DNA of 62,334 nt, filler included, from Choristocarpus tenellus KU-1152 (Eukaryota; Protista; Phaeophyceae): the NCBI GenBank assembly GCA_964200185.2. It is 10 parts of 10 records of this genome, joined end to end, with 100 filler letters (N's around TTAATTAATTAA, not from the genome) between each part and the next. Parts side by side here need not be neighbours in the genome. Positions count along the whole stretch, not along the records: positions 37,566 to 44,562 come from CAXNAD020006899.1; positions 44,663 to 52,555 come from CAXNAD020005432.1; 8 more parts are not named here. One strand, given 5' to 3'. The position numbers were made by a program, and so were the translations under genes. Positions 40,274-52,262 of the stretch are shown here, in pieces. The notes below the pieces were generated by a model. That model was not told the origin of the DNA. It was given only the letters and a program-made list of their open reading frames with translations, and did not search any database. The first letter of the stretch is position 1, and each line of letters begins with the position of its first letter.

Positions 40274-43200
40274 ATGATCAACAAAGGGCTGGTGCCAGAG
40301 AATGGTCCCACTCCTGCTCTCACTCAGGACCATGGGACAGTTCAGGGTCAAGGTCAAGTACCAGTGCCAGGACAGGGACAGGGGCACATGAATACTTACA
40401 CTGGGTACGGTGGAGGGGTAGGGATGGGATATAATGGAGTGGGCACTGGAGGTTACAGGCAGCAACAAGGTGGGGGGTATCGTGGGCACCCACAGCAGCA
40501 GCAGCAGCAACAAGGGTATGGCTACCAGTATCCATATGGTGGGATGAACATGGTGAGGCGCAGGTAGCTTATCATCCTTGTTTGGTTTTAATTAAATCCC
40601 CACCTTTATCAACACTAAGTTTAGCATAGGTCTGTTGTGCACAATGAAAGTGCAAATACTTCTTGAGTTTAGAGCTCTTTATTGCTGTGGGGCTTGTATT
40701 TAAGTCTCCTAAGAATTGATGTCACTTGAGGATTGAGGTGATGCTGTTGAACTTTGGACTGAGGGGAAGTGCTGCTGAGCTATTGCATAGCAGGTATATG
40801 AGGCAGAATTACTTCTCTATTTGATCTTTCCACCCTCACTCTAGTTGTTAGTGAAGCTGGAGAGCATACAGGTCGCAATGTTGAGTCTGCCTCTTCTCCC
40901 TAAAATGGTTTGCCTGCTAACTTGGTCTTCTCACTTTGCTTCTGCCAGTATGGTCAGGCCTACCAGCAGCAATACTCAGGGGATATGTCTCAGTTCCACA
41001 AGGGCCACCATCAGCACCAACACTACCAGCAGTTCTACCCTCAGTCCAATGGATACACAACCATGCAAGAGGGCTTCCAGCAGCCCAATGCATATGTCCA
41101 GATGCAACAGGTTCTGGGGCAGGGGCAAGGGCAGGAGGGAAAGCACACAGGGGAGGTGGGGCAGGGGCAGCAGGTCCCTAAGGCTGCTGCACCTGTTGAT
41201 GCAGCTCTGGGGGTGGTCAGGACTGGCTGGTCGAATGGCGGGGCTAGGGACAAGGGGGATGGGGGGTTCTCAGGCCTGTCGGCAGATGCCAATGGGTTTG
41301 TCCCTGCACAGGTTGGAGGACCTGAATGGGATTCAAGAGTCAAAATTGCATTCGAAGAAAAGGACGGTTCAAGAGGGGAAAGGCTGTGAATTGAGTTGGT
41401 TGTGCAGTTGTACGGCAATCAGGTCATGATGTGATGTTGTCCCCTTTTCTGGTTGTTCCTTCGATTGAAATATACTTCTCTTGCTATGGTCATCTGTTTA
41501 ATGTTACTTGCTGTTCTGGTACTCTTGAATCCCTCCCCACGCAACACACACTTTCTCAGATGCCTCCCACAGTTACGACATCTGGCAGGGATGCCTCCTC
41601 TGAGGCTCAGTCCCATGCAATCCTTGGCACTGAGGTCAAGGTGAGCTACCTTTTATTAAAACCCTTATCGAGACAGTAATTATGAAGAATGTTACCTAAA
41701 TTTTCAATCAAAAATTTAAACTTATAAGGCAATAAGATCTAATAAAGTTTTTATTTTCAAGAATATTGCTAAAATTATGTTGTAGTTTTTATGCTTGATC
41801 TTTTTTATTTATAGGATTTCAATCCTGTCTAAGCATTAATACTAATTATTTAAAACTTATATCCATAATCTTACCACTATTTTTGACTCTGGCCATCCCA
41901 AAGTGCGTTTGGAGTCCATAGAAATCAAAAATAAAGCAGATTAGTTGATTTATGCAACGGAGCAGAATTGAAAAGATCATGCTGAAAAAATTTCTGATAA
42001 ACATAAGCAAGCGATTGAAACTGCAATTATGAAACTTAAATCTACTGTTGAATCAGCCGGAGATGATATTGAACAAATCAATAAAAAATAGAGTCTTTGG
42101 CGTCTGCTGGTATAAAAATAGGAGAAGCAATGTATGGAAAAGGAAAAAATCAATCTAAAGAAATGCATTAAAATCAATGGCTGAATTGGTTGTATTAAAT
42201 GACAGTTTAGAGCATTTTTTTCAAGGGAGTTGACTCTAGCATCACTAAATTTTATAAACAAGATAGTTTAACTTTGAAAAGCTTAAAGAATTTAGCTTTG
42301 GTCTTTAGAAGTTTCCATAATTATGCCCAATATTTCTCTTCTTGAGGCCCGCATACCCCAGCTACGAACTTGACTACTTGTTGCTGTTTTATCACTGCTA
42401 GGTCTTTGTGTTGTCCTGGCAGTCCACTACATCCAATCACGTTCATAGAGATCTTGTAGAACAACCAATTGTTACACCTTAACTAGGTGCTCATGGTAAG
42501 AGCAGAAAAATCACCCCAAAGAACCAGCGATGCAACAATGAGGTGTGCAGGAGGACAAAGGCCCCAGGTCTTGAGGAACTGTCATCCATGTCTAATGACT
42601 GCTGAATCAGATGTGTGGATCTTGCCCCAGCCCTGCTCCTATGTGACACAGAGCACACTCTACCATTGTAAAAACCTGGCATGATGGATGCACCATAAGT
42701 GATTGTAAAACTGTTTATTGGTCCTAGGTTTTTCTTACAGGCAGTAATTATGTGATCCTCTTGTCTATAAGGTGTTTTGCAAGTGATGTGTCTCGTGGTG
42801 GAATGACTTCTGGCGACCCATAATATGTCTTGAATTTAATATGCTTATTTTTGAATTTTCGTCCTAACATTAACATGATTCTCTTCTCTTGCCCAACAAA
42901 TTTTGTGCAGCAGTAGTGACACTTTAAAAAGAAAGAGTTTGTTCAGGTCTTGTTGCATTTTTTAAAGGTCTTCGGACTGAGACCTTCACCCTTCGTGGTT
43001 GGACTCAAAATTTTGTCCTTGGTGTTATTCAATGTAAATGCATTTTAAAACAAGTTGCCTGTTGGGAACTGTGAAAGCACAAAAAACCTTTTTTTTGTAG
43101 CAAGGAGCTGTATTTCCAGAAGAAATGGTTCCAATTGTTCCCAGCAGCAGTGCCCACCTCAGTGAGATTGGCCACACAATGGTGATGTGAAGGTATGCCA

Positions 43201-44562
43201 TCCATTGGAAAATTCTTGAGTGCAATAGGAGTCAGATTTGAGCTGATTAGAAGCACGTGCAACAAGTTGCCAGTGGAGACTCTTATTTTCCACGTTTCTA
43301 CTGCACTGAGTCAAATGCTTTTATAAGGTGACTTTCTGTGCATCAGTGGGTATTTTTTTCTTCCTTGTTAAGGCTCCTTAGCAAAATACAATTTTGGCAC
43401 AGCAGTATCTTTCCACAAATCGTTGAACTGTTGGCAATTTATCAGATTTCCTGCATGAGGTTACGCTGAGAAAATACTTCGCAGGCTTGTTTCAAGGTTG
43501 AACACTGCAGCTGTATCAAATAAATCACAAACATCCCCCGATTCTCCTCCTATTTTCCACTCATCCAGTCCCCTCTGTATCGGTCTACTTCAATACAGGA
43601 GGTTGAGGCGAACGGAGCTGCCCCACCTGAGAAGAAAACCTCCAGCTGGGCTGACATTGTTCGCCCAGAGGGATCACGGCAGGTAGCAGGGGAGACTTCT
43701 GCAGGGCAGGGGCAGGCCCCGGCCCAGGGTGCTACATCCTCCAAGCCTGGCCGGTTGCCGCTGGCGGGAGACAATGGAAAGGGAACCAACCGGCAGGTAA
43801 TTGATTGTGTAGTGCCAGGAAAACAAATGTCAACTCTGGCGTTGTTTTGATTTACTCCAGTATTGCACTTTCTGTCTTTGTTTGCGTAAAAATTAGGGGA
43901 GGGGAAGGGGGGAGGGGTTTGCTTGTGTTGGGATATGTTTTGAACTCTGGTTGGAAGCAGTTAATTTGTTTATTCTCTTCTATTTGATATGTCAGGGATG
44001 AAGGAGTGCAGCTTGTAGGGATAGAAGAAGAGCCACGTGGTAGATTATTGCCATTGCGTAAGCTCTTTACCATTACAATCTGTCTTGCCTCTCCTGTCTT
44101 CTGATTTCTTGGTTTGTTTTCCTCACCATATCGCTCCTGGGTAAAGCTTGTTGTGGCCCCTAGCGCCGCAGGACGTCCAACAGCTGCCACCAATATTGAG
44201 GGGGGCACTTCCGGGGCTTCCAATGACATGAGTTATGCCCCCAATGACTACAACAATGCTTATGCCAACAATTACCCAGTTGCCGGGATGAACAACAACA
44301 TTGCTGGTGGTATTGGCAGTGGTAACAGCAATGGAGGCGTGTTTGCCAATGGTTTCGCGAATGGTATGGGTGTTCCTGTTAGCAATGGCACAGGAGGTAA
44401 TGTCAACAATGCAGCTGGTGTTGTTAATAGCCATGGAGTGATGAACAGTGGCTACAATGCTGGTGGAGCTACCAATGGTGGGGGCTACAGTGGGCATGGC
44501 AACCAACAGTTGAGCAATGGCTATGGTGGGGGGGGCAGCGGTGGTGGGTACCAGGGAGGTGG
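40274..44562 (+). CDS. low-complexity prion-like protein with PAM2-like motif; exons ~40274-40552, 40949-41311, 41560-41640, 43599-43796, 44147->44562
   Basis: All inferred junctions are GT-AG, phase 0 and keep the frame open. G/Q/Y-rich start, SGLSADANGFVP, KKTSSWADIV, N/G/Y-rich last exon. The 5' start is uncertain and the 3' end runs off the contig. Confidence 0.8.
41918..42162 (+). pseudogene. dnaK: alphaproteobacterial-type DnaK (Hsp70) C-terminal lid fragment inside an intron
   Basis: IEIKNKAD*LIYATEQN*KDHAEKISDKHKQAIETAIMKLKSTVESAGDDIEQINKK, then after a 1-nt frameshift ESLASAGIKIGEAMYGKG; strongly AT-rich codons. Confidence 0.85.
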
Positions 44563-44662
44563 NNNNNNNNNNNNNNNNNNNNNNNNNNNNNNNNNNNNNN
44601 NNNNNNTTAATTAATTAANNNNNNNNNNNNNNNNNNNNNNNNNNNNNNNNNNNNNNNNNNNN
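44563..44662. other. artificial contig linker
   Basis: N/TTAATTAATTAA spacer. Confidence 0.99.
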
Positions 44663-45180
44663 ACTAGGGCCTGCTGCAACTGTTGACTACTAAGATATTC
44701 TACACCTGGGTTTTCGCTTAGGCATTTCCTGAGCGCAATGTCACGCAGTCGCACTGCTCTCTTCCCCAACCTTCCCTTCAGGCGCCCACCCCGGCTCTCC
44801 CTTCGCCTGCCGTGACCGTGCTTCTCCACAGACGTCGTCACTCTACCACCTGGTGATGGACTCGCTGCTTTCTTTTTGCTTTCCCGAGGCAGCAGAGACT
44901 GCAGAGCAGAGCTCCGACGTTGTTGAAGATCCAACCATGTTTGTGTGGTAATGCGTTCCATGCATCTTCTCTCAGTGTCAGTGTCGCGACTGCGTGATTC
45001 ATTGCGCGATTTGATCTTGCTGCTGCGCCACACCACTCGCACGTTCTCGTCACCTAAAATCGCACTGAGTCTCACACGATACCTGCTTTTCCATCGCTTC
45101 TCAACAGAGAAGGTGCCGAGGGTAGATCCAGGGGGCAGAGTGGCCTCGGCGGCTCTCCTTGTCTCGCCGTCGTGGTTCAT
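44663..45180 (-). CDS. 5' part of an unknown basic protein, possibly transposon-encoded
   Basis: Open frame of ~172 codons from ATG (MNHDGETRR...) to the contig end; no recognised domain. Confidence 0.35.
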
Positions 45181-45931
45181 GTTGCTGTGTGGGTCACGGG
45201 TGTGTGTGCTCACAGAAAGTCTGCAAATGGCGCCAAAAATATGTCTGCAAATCTTGGGGGCTTTTTCGGTATTGCCACAGACGCCAAACTTGGGCAGCGA
45301 TCTACCCTGCATCAGTTTTTTGCGGGGAGCTCAGCTAACCACTTCATTTTTCTCCGTTTTGAAGTCGTGACCTTCAAAATTGCGCCGGAGATGCTCCCCC
45401 GTATTTTTCCTATTATTTGATCGTAACATATAGGTCCCGTTCCCCTAAGTCTGGACATTCATGGATACAAAACTTTAAAAACTCTTGTCACACTCTTTCA
45501 TTTGATACGTCACACAGCACAATAATATATATATATATAAGAAAAATCCCTAAACAAGTAAATGTGTAAGGCAGGGTCTAATCAGTTGTGGGGGGTGTTC
45601 AGAATCACCAGTGTGTCATGGTGGGGTGCTACCCAGCAAACCCAAAGCTCTCTCAGCCATCAAATCTTAGGAGAAGTTTTAAGAGAATCCCAGATCCACC
45701 AGATGGCGTCACATCTTGGTGATCGTCACTGGTAGGAAGTCTGAGAATTCTCAAGAGTTCTCTGTGTTTGATGTTGGTGGGAACGTCACCAATGACAAAG
45801 AAATGTGCGCGCAATGCACTTGTGTGTGCGCGCGGATGTGTACCTGGACTGAGATCAGCTCCCAAAGGAACCTGTCCGTCACATAAAAGACAAATGTGAA
45901 AAACATTTATCTATTTGATACTTCACTATAT

Positions 45932-45934
<3 letters not shown>

Positions 45935-45971
<37 letters not shown>
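45935..45971. repeat. (TA)n microsatellite
   Basis: Directly visible. Confidence 0.95.
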
Positions 45972-45974
<3 letters not shown>

Positions 45975-46044
45975 ATGGAGATGTGTTAGAAGAGAATCAA
46001 GGAAAACTATATAAAAATTAATGAAAGCTATTCACATATATTTT

Positions 46045-47340
46045 TTTTGTTTTGCCCTCTGACATTTTTCAGATTTGTCAGGAGGGAAACCAACGAAAAC
46101 TATAGACATGCGAGTGTAAGGCCTAAGGAAATAAAATGTAATAAATGTTAAAGACACTAATCTATTTGTTACTTCACTATCTATGTTGTACTACTACTGC
46201 CTTCCTGTGTCTCCGATCTACCTATACCTGTAACGCTATGGGAGGAGCTAGGGAGGCATCCTAAGAATCCAGTAAACCCCTCCATGCCCATCTCGCTGGT
46301 GACTTCAGCTTAAAGCGCATGACACGTCTAGACAGTGCCACTTGCGTAGTTACCGAGACAATTTGGCGTGGGCGGGATTTGACTACTCCTTTCCTGCTAT
46401 ATCCTCCCGCTCCTCTCCCCCCTACCATGTGAGTAGCCAGCTCACCTAGAAAACATCCCGCTTGCTTGCCAAGGTGCCCAAAACTTTCCACCACGAAGGT
46501 GTTGGGGTTGTAACTATGAGGATCAAAGGAGCCCTTGTAATGGGTGCGCTTTCGTGCCTCGAACAGCCGATTTCAAAAATTAAGGATGGAACTTTTCATT
46601 GAGGATGGGCTTGACCCAAAATTGACTGAGATAAAGTGTGGATATATTCTTGTTTGTATTTAAAAAAAAATCATATCGACACTTTATCCCAGTCAATTTT
46701 GGGTCAAGCCCATCCTCAATGAAAAGCTCCATCCTCAATTTTTGAAATCGGCTGTTCTCGGCTGCAGCAGCAACTACACCATTGCTGGCGGATGAGTGTG
46801 TGAGGTGGGAGGTTGCCTGTACCTCTGCGAATATGTGACATCTAGCAGGAGGTCTTTGTCCCTGTAGGGGGCTGTTCCAGCGTCTGCCAGTGGTGCCCCT
46901 GCATGGAAAACTAGATCCATGCAGAGATTCCTGTCAACTGTGAAGGGGCTGCCATCCTCCATAGTGCAAGGGATGCCCACCCCCATGCATAGTTCGTGTA
47001 GGTGTTTCACCATTGGCGTGTGCTATCAAACCTATCCTCCTGCCCTGGGGCAGGTACGGGCATGTGCAGTATCAACATTTTGCCTCCTGCACCCTGCCAC
47101 TGGGCACCTGTTGGATAGGGCCTCCTCCCTCGCTAGGGATCTGCTGACTGTTAGCTTAAATTCTAGAAGAAGGGGGATCGGGCATGCCGGTTCCAGAGGT
47201 TGAGTCGAGGCCCAGGCGTTTGCCCCTTGTCCACACTGGCTCCGGTGGCGCGCTAGGGCCAATGAGGAGCTTTCCCTCCCTTGGTGAGTTTCGCTTGGTA
47301 GGCCAGCCAGTTGTGTCCTGAAGGAGTCAAAACGGATTTG
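46045..47340 (-). mobile_element. RLE-type (CRE/R2-like) non-LTR retrotransposon, 3' part
   Basis: CCHC finger CPVAGC-x8-HARTC, then MDLV...LLLDVT...EARKRTHY...VESFG: the restriction-like endonuclease layout. 3' UTR shared with the 7425 and 57280 copies. Confidence 0.8.
46562..46756. mobile_element. foldback MITE with ~80-bp TIRs and 4-bp TSD CTCG
   Basis: AACAGCCGATTTCAAAAATT...AATTTTTGAAATCGGCTGTT; the empty site is visible in the paralogous LINE copy at ~7950-7965. Confidence 0.92.
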
Positions 47341-47394
47341 TTTATTATACCGTAATTGCAGTATACAATATACTATCATACCGATTGAGTTTTT

Positions 47395-47693
47395 GATTCC
47401 AGCGGAGGATCTTCCATGGAATCTGTTCAGGAGACCAGTTCGACAGATATGTGTCTACTCTTCATTAAGAGTTCTCAAACATGAAAAATCCACTTCTTGA
47501 TTTTTATGACATTCCTTTCTCGCTAGATCCTCATTTTGTGAATCCTCATAGTTTTTGTACAAGCTGTCATACACTTCTCCAACCTTAACCTCGTCCTCTC
47601 CGCTGAGGTTCGTCTTGATTCGTCTGGTCCGTCTTGCCTGGTGATTCTATTCACCACCCTTGGCTCATTGAACCATGTCACCATAGATTCACA
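47395..47693 (-). mobile_element. solo-LTR-like repeat
   Basis: Homologous to 36750-36860 and 8450-8530. Confidence 0.5.
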
Positions 47694-48571
47694 TGATTCT
47701 TTTCTCCTCTTGTATTTTTATTATTATTGCCCTCTGATATTTTACAGATGTGTCAGGGTTAATCAAGGATTCCTCATCACAAATCCCATACTTTTATAGT
47801 AATATCACACCAAAGGAATATAGCATGAGAATATACTCTTCCTTGCAAAACATTTGATTTATCCTCTCATTTTCATATATAGAAGCATATAATGTTCTTC
47901 TGGATTAGTGGAGGGTAGTTAGGTTGTGTTATGTTTATGTCTAAGATGGTGTATTTTCTTCTCCAAATATATTACCTTTTCTTTGAAAAAGCTTCTACAA
48001 ATGTAAACACCGATAGGAATTAGATTGATCTGAAAATTGGTGTTAACATATTTTGTATAGAACATTCTTGTGGATTAGTAACAGTAGTGAAGTTGCGGTA
48101 TGTTTTTGTTGAAGATAATGTATTTTCCTATCCACATATAGAACCGTTTCTTTGAAGAAGGGCTTTCTATAAAAGTATACACCGATACGAACTTGATTGG
48201 TCAATTTTTTTTTTTATTATGTATATATGTAGTATACCACCAATATCAGTATATATGTAGTATGCCACCAACGAGAGAGAAGTCGCTCTTCTCCAAACCC
48301 GACCCGGAGGCATCGTAATCACATTCACCGCCCTCGGGGACAACCTCGATCCGGATCGTATCCAACTCCTCATGGACGAACTCTCCACCTTCCGCAATTT
48401 TGCACTGGTGAAGACACCGGTAGCTGGTGGCGTATCCACGCCTATACCTTGTGGAAGACCCAACCCACAGGTGATGAAGAGGAACGAGATAACCCATCGC
48501 CTAGCCCTGCACTAGGTACGGGAAGCAGGACTCTACAAGGGGGAAGGCATACAATCACACCCTCGGAACAC

Positions 48572-49215
48572 GACTCTGAAGGCGATGGGTACCAACCCGA
48601 TTGTGATGCTTGGTCAGGTCCAGAGGAACGTGCACAGGAGGACATGAGAGGGAGGCTAGACAGGGACCAGAGTCTACGCCTTTCAGGAGTGACCCTGGAA
48701 TGTCCCCAAACGCCCGTTCAGTGGGCAGCGGCAGCAACGAGTCCAAGATGCCAGGAAATACCTGTCACGATACTGTGGGGTGAAGTGAGAACCGCGCCCA
48801 TGCTCATCCTACCGCAACCCCGAGTGACTAGACTTCCGTGGGAGGTAACGGAAAGAGGAAAAGGACCATAATTGGGAAGAAGGGGTTGAGAGGAGACTCT
48901 GAAGGAGATGGGGACCGACCCGATTGTGATGCTTTGTCAGGTCCAGTGGAACATGTACAGGAAGACGTTGGTGGTCGTTCAGGTACGGACTCAGAGTCCA
49001 CGCCTGTCGGGAGTGACCCCGGAATGTCCACAAACGCCCATTCGGTGGGCAGCGGCGGCGACGAATCACAAGTGCCAGGAACACCTACGACCATACTGTA
49101 AGGCGAAGTGAGAACCGTGTCCATGCCAATCCTACCCCAACCCTGAGTGACAAGCCTTCCAAGAAGGGTAAAGGAAAGGGGAAAAATACACTACTTAGGA
49201 AGAAGGGGGTGAGAG
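48572..49215 (+). repeat. 323-bp diverged tandem duplication in a decayed ORF
   Basis: GACTCTGAAGGMGATGGG..CCCGATTGTGATGCT at 48572 and 48895. Confidence 0.85.
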
Positions 49216-50316
49216 AATGTGCTGGACGGATGAGACCCTTCAAACAGCCTCGTGGTCCTGATGGCAGCGCTTTAGAACCTAGCGTCTATGCAGACGTCTT
49301 CACTTCTGCCAAAATGGGCAGATAAGTAGTAAATCCGTGTTCATCTACCTCGAGGTACAACGATGACGACGAAAGGTCATCGTATGGTGATGACGATTGT
49401 GTCACACAGGACGCGGCAAACTCCGGCGATGCATCTGATGTGGGGATCACCGAAGCCTTCATGGAGTCGTGTGTTACCGAGCTCCTACGATCGGCATCGA
49501 TACCTGCCTCTTCATAGTATCGAGTGCAGACTCAAATCCTCAACCAAGTCATATACGACCATGGGTTCAGGATCATCAAGGCCGGTAAAGGGGCCTTTTC
49601 TCTTGTTTTCGAGGATGAATGCTACGTCCACGAGCCCGCACAGGTTAGATTCAGTGATCGTGGAAGGAAGCCAGGCGACACGTTGCGTCACAAGCGACAA
49701 CCGTGTCTGTTTACATACTTAATCCGACACATGCACGCAAATAAACGACGTACTACATTTAAAACAGTACATGATATATGTTTTGGTTCCTTGTACACAC
49801 AACGGGAGAAAAGGCCCTAACTAACAGTCCTCTTTGTGCACATACCAGACACAACTCATGCAAGCAAACAAACGAAAACACCAACCTCGCAACAGCCCAT
49901 AGTCTTTTTGTCAATTCCTCATCCTAACAGTGGGAAAAAACACCCTAACCGAAAGCCCTCTTTACGTGCTAACCAAATCCCACTCATGCAACCAAACAAA
50001 CCTATATCCAGCCTTGGAACAACCTAACCCATATCTCTTATTCTTCATCGTATCTGCACGACCAACATGCATAAACCAATAATCCAGTTTGAACAGACTC
50101 AAAATCCGACACATGAAAAACGTCGAAAATCCTAACCAAACCCAAATAAATGGTGGCATATATTCCCATTCCTCTTGCGTACACAAGGACAGAAAGGAAC
50201 CTAACCAACCATCTTCTTTTTTGCTGACATTTCATATCCGATACGCGCGACCAAATCACACCAAAACGTGAAAATCGAAAAAAGGTTGAAAACCGACCCC
50301 CCAGATACTTTGACCC

Positions 50317-52262
50317 CTCTACGTTAACCTTTCCAACCACCCCACCAGACTTTTCCCGCTCAAGAAAATACTCTGGGATCACCCACTTCCCGAGGAGCCA
50401 CGGGTCTGATGTACCTTCAGTCATCCCCGTCCCAACTTCACACTAACTCACCACCCAATGAGTTGCCTTTCCAACTTCACCTCCAGCCTCTGCAAGTTCC
50501 ATTCCATCTCCCCCAACATTGATACCTCTACCCCCATCTATCATCTTTCCGTCCACATCTACCGCAGGACCATTATCTGCTGGGTGATGGAGCCCTGATT
50601 CAATATAATCCTCAGTGACTATTGGACTGGACTCTCCCTGTGGTGACTGAGGCATGCCCATTCCCGATAAGGACAGCATGTCTTCGTACATGGTGTGGGA
50701 GGAAATTTCTTCCTCTTCCTCTTCCTCTTCCCGTTCCTCTTCCCCTTCCTGTTCCTCTTCTGCAAACTTAGCCATCTCGTCCATACCAACAGGCCTTTGC
50801 CACTCAGGAATATACTCCGGAATCACCCACCTACCAAGGGGCCACAGATCTGATACCCCTCCAGGCATCCCCAACCCAATTCCACTCTCACACTCCGCCT
50901 CATCTGTTACACTCTCGACTTCACCCCCACCTTCTGCAAGGTCTCTACCATCTCCCCGAACTTTGGTTCCCTTACACCCATCCATCATCTCTTCCTCACC
51001 ATCTACCGAAGGCACGTAAACTGTGGAGAGAAGGAGACCTGTCGCAAAAATCATCAGAGAAAATTCCATCCTCATTCTCTTCCTCTTCCTCTTTATCTTC
51101 CTCTTCTGCAAACTTGGCCTCCCCCCCCATACCAACAGGCCTTTGCCACTCAGGAATATACTCCGGAATCACCCACCTCCCAAGGGGTCACAAATCTGAT
51201 ACCCCTCCAGGCATCCCCATCCCAATTCCACACTCACACTCCGCTCATCCGTTGCACTCTCGACTTCACCTCCGACCTCTGCAAGGTCTCTACCATCTCC
51301 CCGAACTTTGGTTCCCCTGTCCTCATCTATCATCCCTTCCTCACCATCTACCGAAGGCACATATACAGTAGAGTTCGAGGATCTGCCCCAAAGTCATCAG
51401 AGAAAATTCCACCCTCATTCTCTTCCTCATTCTCTTCCTCTTCTTCCAACTTGGCCTCCCCCTTCATACCAACAGGCCTTTGCCACTCAGGAATATACTC
51501 CGGAATCACCCACCTCCCAAGGGGTCACAGATCTGATACCCCTTCAGGCATCCCCATCCCAATTCCACACTCACACTCCGCATCATCCGTTGCACTCTCG
51601 ACTTCACCTCTGGCCTCTGTATGTTCTCTACCATCTCCTCAAACTCTGCTTCCCCTGTCCTCATCCATCATCCCTTCCTCACGACCTACCCAAGGCACAT
51701 GTACTGCTGAAGTGTGGAGCCCTGCCCCAAAGTCATCAGAGAAAATTCCACCCTCATTCTCTTCCTTATTCTCTTCCTCTTCCTCCAACTTGGTCTCCCC
51801 CTCCATACCAACAGGCCTCAGCCACTCAGGAATATACTCCGGAATCACCCACCTCTCAAGGGGTCACAGACCTGATACCCCTTCAGGTATCCCCATCCCA
51901 ATTCCACACTCACACTCCGCCTCATCCGTTGCACTTCCAACCTCGCCTCCAGCCTCTCCATGGTCAACCCCATATCCTCCAACAGTGCTGCTTCGACCCT
52001 CATCCATCATCTCTCCCTTACCGTCCTCTGAAGGCACATATTCTGCTGAGGTATGGAGCCCTGCCCCAGTATCATCCTCAACAAGTACTGAACCGGAATC
52101 CCCCTGTAGTGGCTTGAGTGTGACCAGATGAGCAGAGGAAGGCACATCTTTCCATATGATGTCAGAGGAAATGCCCTCTTCTTCTTCTTCCCCGTCCTCT
52201 TCCTCTTCCTCTTCCCCAACCTCAAACTTGGTCTCCCTTTCCACACAACTAGGCCCCAAACT
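50317..52262 (-). repeat. ~340-bp tandem array (~5 units) encoding acidic peptide repeats
   Basis: Anchor CATACCAACAGGCC at 50782, 51128, 51465, 51804; the minus strand repeats GIGMGMPEGVSDLWPLGRWVIPEYIPEW plus poly-E. Confidence 0.9.

Noticed and set aside
42760-43500. Possible Sola or other transposase remnant in the intron
   Set aside because: Looks coding-derived, but no diagnostic motif could be identified.
51308-52131. Long plus-strand S/P/H-rich ORFs
   Set aside because: Antisense shadows of the tandem array; lack of stops follows from composition.
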